Shown piece by piece: positions 57,530-64,000 of a stretch of DNA of 64,000 nt (the stretch's first letter is position 1; every line of letters starts with the position of its first letter). A program made the translations under genes and the position numbers. The notes below the pieces were generated by a model. The model was not told the origin of the DNA, searched no databases, and worked only from the letters and a program-made list of their open reading frames with translations. Source of the DNA: Bacteroidales bacterium (lineage in GTDB: Bacteria > Bacteroidota > Bacteroidia > Bacteroidales > CAIWKO01); assembly GCA_035389045.1 (NCBI GenBank), contig DAOORA010000001.1, positions 84,017-148,016 of the forward strand. Direction: 5' to 3'.

Positions 57530-58249
57530 TCATTCTCTTACTTTTTTTATGATGTCCATAATCTCTGATTTATTAGGAATTTCCATATTTGTCACGTAAT
57601 AATGTTCAAACACAAAGTCTCCAAATTCATTAGATTTCTTTATACCTGATTCAATGAATGACCCTACCGCAACGTCCATAGGAACCAAAACTGTCAGTCC
57701 GACAAAAGTGTATGACATATCTACTTTTTCTATAACACAATTTAAATCTTTGGCCAAAAGGTTGAATTCTCCTATTATCAGGTTCATCTGTATCGAAGTG
57801 AAGGACATGTCTAATGAAGGCAGAACGAATAAATAATATCGTAATTTGTCTTGAAGTCCTCCGAGGCCAGTTGAGATAAAGCCAATACTTTCATCTGTCA
57901 AGAAGCTTTCAAGCAACATTTTACACTCTTGCATTGCTAAGACAGCCCAAAGTTTTAATTCTTTGTCAGGTTGCTTATAATATTTTTCAATCTGTCGGAA
58001 TGAAGAAATCGTTCCAAGATGTGCTAAAAGTGTCAGGCCTTTTTTCTTGACTTCTATAGTTGCCCTTTTGTCAAAAAGGATGTTGCCTAATTTATTGGTC
58101 TCTGTCTCGGTCAACTCGCCAAAATCAAATGAATGGGAGTAGTCAAGGTATTCCTTTTGTGTTTGAAGGTCAATTCCTTCTTTTAGGATGTCGAATGTGT
58201 CAGGAAGATTTTCTAAAAATTCTCTTATTTCATCATGTTTGTCAGTCAT
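57530..58249 (-). CDS. Hypothetical cytoplasmic protein (orphan)
   Basis: 239-aa ORF without a signal peptide. The N-terminal part is HEAT-like helical (KKKGLTLLAHLGTISSFRQIEKYY...LKLWAVLAMQE). It starts 31 nt upstream of the lipoprotein gene. Confidence 0.5.
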   Translation of the reverse strand: MTDKHDEIREFLENLPDTFDILKEGIDLQTQKEYLDYSHSFDFGELTETETNKLGNILFDKRATIEVKKKGLTLLAHLGTISSFRQIEKYYKQPDKELKLWAVLAMQECKMLLESFLTDESIGFISTGLGGLQDKLRYYLFVLPSLDMSFTSIQMNLIIGEFNLLAKDLNCVIEKVDMSYTFVGLTVLVPMDVAVGSFIESGIKKSNEFGDFVFEHYYVTNMEIPNKSEIMDIIKKVRE

Positions 58250-58577
58250 TGTCTACTATGATTTTTGCTCGTGCATAACTCCTTTATCAGTACCCAATAA
58301 TATAAATGTTTATCAGCTTTTTGATGTATAAGTACCATTAAATATCACTGTTGAAATCAAAATTAATATAATATCTTATATCAATTATCGAATTAAGGTT
58401 TTTTTTCGAGCTTATCAAAAATTTTGATCACCTCATTCTTTTCACCTTTTAGTTAAGCAAAGAACAAATCCTTCCGGAGTTTTGTCAGGGTTGTTTTTAT
58501 ATACTGAAATATTTTTGATTTTTTCTAAAAAAAAACCCTTGGTACTTGGACCCTTCCCGGGATAAATTGCTAAATAA

Positions 58578-59651
58578 TTAAAAAGCCCGGACAGCCCTCA
58601 CATAGGTTCCATATAGCTTACTGCCGCTCAGCGCAGGGCCGCCAATACCGAAGTCGAAAACCCACGCGCTGCTTGCATCGCCCTCCGACGACGTCCAGTA
58701 ATGACCTCTCACGAATGGAATAGTTGATGGATTGCCATCAGTGGTGAGGGCTTTTTGCACTTCGTAAAAGTTATTCCAGATGTGGTTTAATTCGGCAACA
58801 CCCGGCAAATACCAATCGCTGTATATGCCAGTGCCATAATCGGTATTGGTGTAATCGGCACAAAGCTTTGCTGAACTCACAGTATGACCGCTTTGCCCTG
58901 TTATAGCAGTTGTGTTGGTGGCACCATCCCAATCGTTGGTTGTGCCAACAGCACTATTTGTAACATTGCTCCATACATATAATGTACTAATGTCAACCAA
59001 ACTCACAATAAGCCCGTGTTGCCCTGTTTCATCCACCCAAAACACCAGGCCACCCTGGGCCAGGTCGCCTGCAGAATAAGAGGTTACACTGCCCGTTGTG
59101 CTGATTACATTATTCGTTATATCTATTCCGGCACCGGCTGTCAGTTGGTCTTGTTTTTCGTTCCAGTTCATTGTATCAGTCGCTGAAATGCCGCCTGCTA
59201 CCGAAGAAATAAATACAGGATCACTCTCGGTAACGGAACCTGTAAGAGATGCTGCTGTTTTTGCATGTAATGCATAAGGCACACTGATAAGCTGAGTAAT
59301 ACCCATGATCGCATAATTTGTTCCCCCATTCTGGTCGAGCTCCACCCGGATAAAATACGGACCGCTTGCCCAGTCTATACTCGCCATAGATCCGCTGACA
59401 AGAGTTCCCCCGCCAATATTTAACGCACTCAATCCGTACTGATTTGTTGTATCATGATGTGTTTCAACATAAACTGCGGTGCCGGAAACAGAACCCTGAA
59501 TGAGGCTGATACGGAACGAAACCGGCTGATTGTCAAGAATGTCACCATTCTGATCTCTGACTGCTGCCTGGTAGTTAAACTTTTCAGGTGCCTGAGCAAA
59601 CACATTTGCAACCATGAAAACGAATGCGAAAATGATAAATAATCTTTTCAT
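58578..59651 (-). CDS. Secreted modular protein with a C-terminal DUF1566 (Lcl C-terminal, C-type-lectin-like) domain
   Basis: Signal peptide present. The N-terminal module APEKFNYQAAVRDQNGDIL...VSFRISLIQGS..GTAVYVETH...PYFIRVELD..GGTNY...LISVPYALHAKTA is common in Bacteroidota surface and tail-fibre-like proteins. The C-terminus YSDWYLPGVAELNHI...YWTSSE...AWVFDF......YVRAVRAF is DUF1566-like. An AAGGAGG Shine-Dalgarno site lies 8 nt upstream. Confidence 0.68.
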   Translation of the reverse strand: MKRLFIIFAFVFMVANVFAQAPEKFNYQAAVRDQNGDILDNQPVSFRISLIQGSVSGTAVYVETHHDTTNQYGLSALNIGGGTLVSGSMASIDWASGPYFIRVELDQNGGTNYAIMGITQLISVPYALHAKTAASLTGSVTESDPVFISSVAGGISATDTMNWNEKQDQLTAGAGIDITNNVISTTGSVTSYSAGDLAQGGLVFWVDETGQHGLIVSLVDISTLYVWSNVTNSAVGTTNDWDGATNTTAITGQSGHTVSSAKLCADYTNTDYGTGIYSDWYLPGVAELNHIWNNFYEVQKALTTDGNPSTIPFVRGHYWTSSEGDASSAWVFDFGIGGPALSGSKLYGTYVRAVRAF

Positions 59652-60245
59652 CGTTTATTCCTCCTTATTTAATTTTCATTGGTTTTAATTGTATCATTCC
59701 TTTTTTTTTCTTGTATCAGAGTTACAAATCAGCTTGCCGGTGCATCCTTGCTCATAAACGATTTACATGCATTCGTATTGCTACTTTTACCATTCCCCGG
59801 CATTTATGCAATCCGTTTTAAATTGTAAATATCAGTATATTAACATATTGATTTTCGTTTTCAATACAATACAATTTTAAGTATTTGTAACCAATGATTT
59901 TTTCTATTATATATTATTTCAAAAATAATAAATATCAACTCAAATTAAAAATATTTTAACAATATTTTTTTTGTTTTTTTATTGGTAATTTGGCTCAATC
60001 AGAAAATCTGCAACATCAGTAGCTCAGATAAAATCGGAAATAAGTTGTTTAACAAATTGCGTTTCTCAGGTTATTCAATCTTTTATATGACATCATAATA
60101 CGATTTGAAAAACATAACAGTAGAAACTTTGTTTCCAAATGTTTGTAATTCTGCCGGGGAGGAATTGGATACTATCGGTATACACAAAATAAGAAACTGC
60201 AGTATGTCTTTGCTTTGAAAAACCCGGCAAAAGGACTTTTTAGAG

Positions 60246-60410
60246 TTTGTCCATAATGTCCGACTGCATCGTTATTCTTGTTTTGAAAACAGCCATCCGC
60301 CACCTGGCGGACTCCTTGACTTTCAAAGCTCCGAAAGCCCGCCTGAATGGCGCAGTCGGGCAGGCCTCGAATTCAAACATTCTGATTCAAACTCTGACTT
60401 TATGGACAGA
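60246..60410. repeat. Inverted-repeat-flanked ~165-bp element carrying the GC-rich H1+H2 hairpin pair
   Basis: Ends TTTGTCCATAATGTCCG (60246-60262) and CTGACTTTATGGACAGA (60394-60410) are inverted (14 of 17). H1 is CCGCCACCTGGCGG (60297-60310). H2 is GCCCGCCTGAATGGCGCAGTCGGGCAGGC (60337-60365). I found no target-site duplication. Confidence 0.5.
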
Positions 60411-60568
60411 TTCTATTTATTCTTTCACTTTAGTATCATTTGAACTTATCGTAGCGTTTTTGTGCGGGCCATAAGGATCATTTGTCGCAGGCTTTTTCTA
60501 CGCCTACAAGCTTTCAGGTTTTTGCAAAATCCCAGCCTGCATCTTCAACCCTGAGTTATGATTGAATA

Positions 60569-61618
60569 TTACCGACCCACCGGCATCACCGCTTCCGGGG
60601 AAATTTTAATCTTTACAGTATTTCCGGTATGAATATTAATGCCCGGCATATCTTCTTCGGGCACCCTGGCAAAAAAGTTCACTCCTGCATCCACCACAAC
60701 GCTGAAAAAATCCGGCGAAGGAATTATATCCGTCACCCTGCCCTCAAATATGTTTAACCCTGAAAAATTGGCGGATGGCAGGATTTTCACATCCTCTTCC
60801 CTGATAAAAACCGGAGTGCCTGTTGCACATTGGTACGATGAATAAATCTCAAAATCTTCCGGTAGCTTATGACGGTATAGTTCGCCTGCCTTTGATATTT
60901 CGATACCGGTGAAAAAATTCCTTATTCCCGTGAGAGCACATACAAAACGGCTTGCAGGATTTCTGAAGACTTCAGCCGGAGGCCCCGTCTGCTCAATGCT
61001 GCCTGAGTTAATTATCGTCAGTAAGTCGGCCAGGGCGTATGCCTCATAGTAATCATGTGTCACATGTATGATCGTCTGACCGGATTCTTTTAATTTTTTC
61101 AGCAGTCTGATCATATCGTATTGTATCAACACATCCAGTGAGGATAGTGGTTCATCGAGCAACAATACCGAAGGTTCCATCGCCAGTGTCCTTGCCAGCG
61201 CAACCCTCCTCAGTTCACCGCCCGAGAGGCCGGATGGCTTACGGCAGAGCAGATCCTTTATATTCATGGCTTCGGCCCATTTCAAAACCCTGCCCCTAAT
61301 TTCATTCTTTGTAAATCCTCTTCCATAACAGGCATAGGCAATATTTTTTTCCACACTCATATGGGGGAAAATTGCATTATCCTGAAAAACCAGCCCCACA
61401 CCACGTTTATTAGCCTTCAAACGGGTGATATCCTCTCCGTTAAAAAAAACACTTCCGCTATCAGGCTTCCTCAGTCCCGCAATGATCTCAAGCAACATGG
61501 TCTTACCGGCTCCCGACATCCCCAGTATCACAAAATATGCTCTGTCGGGTACGTCAAATGATACGTCCTTTAAAGCAAAATTGCCGGCTTTTTTCGATAT
61601 TTTCGTTACCTCAAGCAT
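60569..61618 (-). CDS. ABC transporter ATP-binding protein, ModC/WtpC/CysA-like with a C-terminal TOBE-like domain
   Basis: Walker A GMSGAGKT, signature LSGGELRR, Walker B LLLDEP, H-loop VTHD, and a ~110-aa C-terminal beta-rich extension. Confidence 0.88.
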   Translation of the reverse strand: MLEVTKISKKAGNFALKDVSFDVPDRAYFVILGMSGAGKTMLLEIIAGLRKPDSGSVFFNGEDITRLKANKRGVGLVFQDNAIFPHMSVEKNIAYACYGRGFTKNEIRGRVLKWAEAMNIKDLLCRKPSGLSGGELRRVALARTLAMEPSVLLLDEPLSSLDVLIQYDMIRLLKKLKESGQTIIHVTHDYYEAYALADLLTIINSGSIEQTGPPAEVFRNPASRFVCALTGIRNFFTGIEISKAGELYRHKLPEDFEIYSSYQCATGTPVFIREEDVKILPSANFSGLNIFEGRVTDIIPSPDFFSVVVDAGVNFFARVPEEDMPGINIHTGNTVKIKISPEAVMPVGR

Positions 61619-62402
61619 TTTTTGTCCTTGCCAGTAATCTCAGAATAATAAAGAATAATAATGATACGAGGATAAAAATCACGGCTACCGGACGCGCATA
61701 AGCCAGTCCAAACGATCCAAAGCGTTCATAAATCAATACCGGAGTTACCATGGGATGGTAAGCCACAATGACAATAGCCCCAAACTCGCTCATGCCCCGT
61801 GCAAACATCATGATGAGGCCGGACACTATGTTTTTCCATGCAAGAGGGAGCGACACGGTGAAAAACACCCTGAAAGGCGAAGCGCCAAGAACAAGTGCAG
61901 CATTTTCAAGTCTCACGGGAACACTCATAAAACCATCACGGGCCGAATTGATCAGAAAGGGAAGACTTACAAAAGCCATAGCTATTGAGATACCAGCCGG
62001 ATGGCCCACCAGGTCGATACCGAAAGCAGAAGCCGTTTTTCCCACAACCGTATCGCGAGAAATAAATCCCAATATTGCAATACCGGCTGCCGAATGAGGG
62101 ATAACAATGGGCAGGTCGATGATGCCGAGTACCAATCTTTTCAGATGAAAGTCTTTACGTGCGAGAATATAAGCCAGAGGAACAGCTCCGAAAGCAGCAA
62201 AAAGTGTCGCCGCCATGGCAGTGAATAAGGTCAGCCAGATGGAATCACGTACTTCCGTATCCTGCGCTGTTTCAAAGATAGCCGACAACGGCGTGGCAAA
62301 AAACATACCTGCTACAGGCGCAATAAGAAATATCAATAGCAGCCCGCCCAGTAATATAAGCAGAAGCCTGAAAGGAGAGATCATACTGTTTTTTTCAATC
62401 AT
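61611..62402 (-). CDS. ABC transporter permease, ModB/WtpB/CysTW family
   Basis: 263 aa with 5-6 TM helices. EAA loop LENAALVLGASPFRVFFTVSLPLAWKNIVSG, followed by ARGMSEFGAIVIVAYHP, which is reminiscent of the tungstate/molybdate WtpB type. Confidence 0.85.
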   Translation of the reverse strand: MIEKNSMISPFRLLLILLGGLLLIFLIAPVAGMFFATPLSAIFETAQDTEVRDSIWLTLFTAMAATLFAAFGAVPLAYILARKDFHLKRLVLGIIDLPIVIPHSAAGIAILGFISRDTVVGKTASAFGIDLVGHPAGISIAMAFVSLPFLINSARDGFMSVPVRLENAALVLGASPFRVFFTVSLPLAWKNIVSGLIMMFARGMSEFGAIVIVAYHPMVTPVLIYERFGSFGLAYARPVAVIFILVSLLFFIILRLLARTKNA

Positions 62403-62420
62403 TACATCAAATTCAATGCA

Positions 62421-63494
62421 TTACCTGTTAACACAGCGGATCTCAGTCAGCGCCTTGACTGCACGGTCGCTGAAAAAATCCATAGGTGGAAAGAGCCGGA
62501 AAACAGCGTCGTCTTTTTCTTCAGGGCCGGCGGCAATAAGCAGCAATTCGGCATGATCGTTGCGGTTCATCACCTCGCTGTAACTATATACACAACGATA
62601 ACCATCTTTGGCCACGGCCACAATCAAGCCCTTCTGCAGGCGTTCCAGGCTCATCGAAAAATCCTTCTGGAGGATATCCTTCATCATAACACCTTTAAAA
62701 GGCTGAGTGCTGTGAATTCCCCTGCCCCGGCCATAAAAAATTGCAGGATAGTTCTGTTGCAGCAAGTCTGCGGGCATATTTTTTATGATCTCACAATCCA
62801 TCTTACCGTCAGAAATTCTGAATTCCGGACTGTATAAGGGTTTCATGCCTTTCTCAATGGGAACATCATCCAGCGGATAAGAAACGACGGAAATTTTTAC
62901 CGGGTTTGAAATATTTCTCGCGGTGATCAGGTCGCTGGCGACCACCAGCCGGGTGTTTTCAGGCAAGGTCCACAGCTCTTTGGTTTTGCTGGGCACTATC
63001 CTCATGACATCTGTAGCAATCAGTATTTCATGACGGTGTATAGGATAATAAATCTCACCCCAGGAGAGCACTACTTTTTCACCTTTATTATTCTCGATCT
63101 CGACAAACAGGTCAATTATTGGAGGGAAATCTTCCTCATTTTTCTTTTTCAATATTATCTGGTTCAGAATATCATAAACGGAATATCCGTCATAGCGGTA
63201 AGCGCCATAAAAAGAATCTGCCGGGGCTTTGTAAATGGTTTCCTTTACGATAACACTTCTCTTTGTCAACTTTGAAAAATCAACGGTACCCGCATTTGCC
63301 ACTTCCCCAGCCACCTCAATTTTGCGGTCGCCTTTCAGGGCAAATGTTTCGGCATTGTCATAAAAGTCATTGGTTCTGTCAGCCGTATCGGCAGGTATGG
63401 CAGCTCCTTCTGCTGTGTTTTCTTTTTGTGTTTGATGGCATGAAGCCAATATGGCTGCAGCAAATAGTAATGCTAATAGTTTAATCTTTTTCAT
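62421..63494 (-). CDS. Lipoprotein with two tandem domains resembling the molybdopterin-oxidoreductase (SUOX/YedY, Oxidored_molyb) fold; function unknown
   Basis: Lipobox ILASCHQ. The C-terminal half FKGVMMKDILQKD...AVAKDGYRCVYSYSEV...AELLLIAAG...FRLFPPMDFFSDRAVKALTEIRCV follows the order of Oxidored_molyb landmarks. The N-terminal half repeats the pattern (IEVAGEV..GTVDFSKL...YRYDGYSVYDILNQI...VVLSWGEIYY...ILIATD...NPVKISVV). This is a by-eye assignment only. Confidence 0.5.
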   Translation of the reverse strand: MKKIKLLALLFAAAILASCHQTQKENTAEGAAIPADTADRTNDFYDNAETFALKGDRKIEVAGEVANAGTVDFSKLTKRSVIVKETIYKAPADSFYGAYRYDGYSVYDILNQIILKKKNEEDFPPIIDLFVEIENNKGEKVVLSWGEIYYPIHRHEILIATDVMRIVPSKTKELWTLPENTRLVVASDLITARNISNPVKISVVSYPLDDVPIEKGMKPLYSPEFRISDGKMDCEIIKNMPADLLQQNYPAIFYGRGRGIHSTQPFKGVMMKDILQKDFSMSLERLQKGLIVAVAKDGYRCVYSYSEVMNRNDHAELLLIAAGPEEKDDAVFRLFPPMDFFSDRAVKALTEIRCVNR

Positions 63495-63533
63495 AGTCGT
63501 TTGTTATTATTAATAATTACAATATATTTAATT

Positions 63534-64000
63534 TTATTGTGTTTCTCTATTATTTGCGCTAAAGGTATAACTTATCTTTCCAAGGACCATCCTCCCCGGA
63601 GATTTATAGCCCTTGCTATTGATATAAACGATGTTGAATAAATTATCAATATCGATGCTGAAGTCAAATGGCCCGACATTCTGCCAGACCTTGATATCGG
63701 TGATAAACCGGGCAGGATACCTGTCGGTCATCATAAAAATGTTGTCCACGGTGTTATCGTCTTTTATCCAGCGGGTACCTGTATATTTTCCGGATACACT
63801 AAGGTTAAAATAATCCGTTCGCAGACTGATACCGGATGAAAACTGGTGCATAGGTACGTCGGGCAGGAACTTTCCGGTCAGGTCGCGGTCTGCCGCTGTA
63901 TTAGGCACAAACCGGCTAACGGTGGAATGGTTAAACGTATAGTTGATATAGGCCCTTAGATATTTTCCAATAGGAGCAGACACATCGGCTTCCAGTCCAT
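63534..64000 (-). CDS. TonB-dependent receptor, C-terminal beta-barrel fragment; the gene continues beyond the window
   Basis: The frame is open to the window edge. It shows an alternating beta-strand pattern, ...FDFSIDIDNLFN..Y......Y..PGR.VLGKISYTF near the C-terminus. Confidence 0.72.
   Translation of the reverse strand, partial: GLEADVSAPIGKYLRAYINYTFNHSTVSRFVPNTAADRDLTGKFLPDVPMHQFSSGISLRTDYFNLSVSGKYTGTRWIKDDNTVDNIFMMTDRYPARFITDIKVWQNVGPFDFSIDIDNLFNIVYINSKGYKSPGRMVLGKISYTFSANNRETQ

Noticed and set aside
58250-58750. Diversity-generating retroelement (VR/TR pair) at the DUF1566 gene
   Set aside because: The GC-rich 3' end of the gene has no near-repeat in the flanking AT-rich sequence or elsewhere in the window. 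No reverse transcriptase ORF is present.
60246-60410. Invertible promoter (inverton) flanked by inverted repeats
   Set aside because: No TAnnTTTG box is present in either orientation inside the segment, no recombinase gene is nearby, and the nearest downstream start is about 600 nt away.
60247-60474. 75-aa plus-strand ORF
   Set aside because: It coincides with the inverted-repeat-flanked GC-hairpin repeat element. The open frame is a by-product of the repeat, with no promoter box or start context.
1-64000. tRNA, rRNA, tmRNA, RNase P and known riboswitch genes
   Set aside because: I scanned the intergenic regions for T-loop (GGTTCGA-type) and other hallmark strings and found none. This is not a substitute for covariance-model searches.

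Overview
This 64-kb chromosomal segment reads as Bacteroidota. Seven proteins end in T9SS/Por C-terminal sorting domains. TAnnTTTG -7 promoter boxes sit 10-40 nt upstream of many start codons, and most starts I inspected lack a Shine-Dalgarno site. I support about 48 CDS and saw no rRNA, tRNA or CRISPR array. The backbone is housekeeping: comEC, a spoIID-like gene, cstA, prmA, tpiA, clpB, lepB, pyrG, murB, a DEAD-box helicase, an Omp85-family protein and an mqnA-like gene. It is interrupted by visibly AT-rich accessory islets at about 7.3-12.3 kb, 44-53 kb and 56.8-60.5 kb that carry T9SS cargo and orphan genes. No recognisable defence, toxin-antitoxin, integrase or transposase gene is present. 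Candidates for something new, most interesting first: (1) At the right edge (60.6-64.0 kb) four minus-strand genes run TonB-dependent receptor, then a lipoprotein built from two tandem domains that by eye resemble the sulfite-oxidase/YedY molybdopterin-oxidoreductase fold, then a ModB/WtpB-like permease, then a ModC-like ATPase. No canonical periplasmic binding protein is present in the window. This could be an undescribed outer-membrane-to-cytoplasm oxyanion (Mo/W) or cofactor uptake system. (2) Three families of MITE-like non-autonomous elements are nested inside each other at 25.5 kb and 47.4 kb, each with readable terminal inverted repeats and target-site duplications. They are packed with short GC-clamped hairpins and sit directly after stop codons. 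(3) A GC-rich double-hairpin repeat family occurs at 7.44-7.69 kb (tandem) and 60.25-60.41 kb (flanked by inverted repeats). (4) The AT-rich islet contains duplicated promoter-leader modules and a shared leader motif. Function calls rest on by-eye motif recognition only; no database search was possible.
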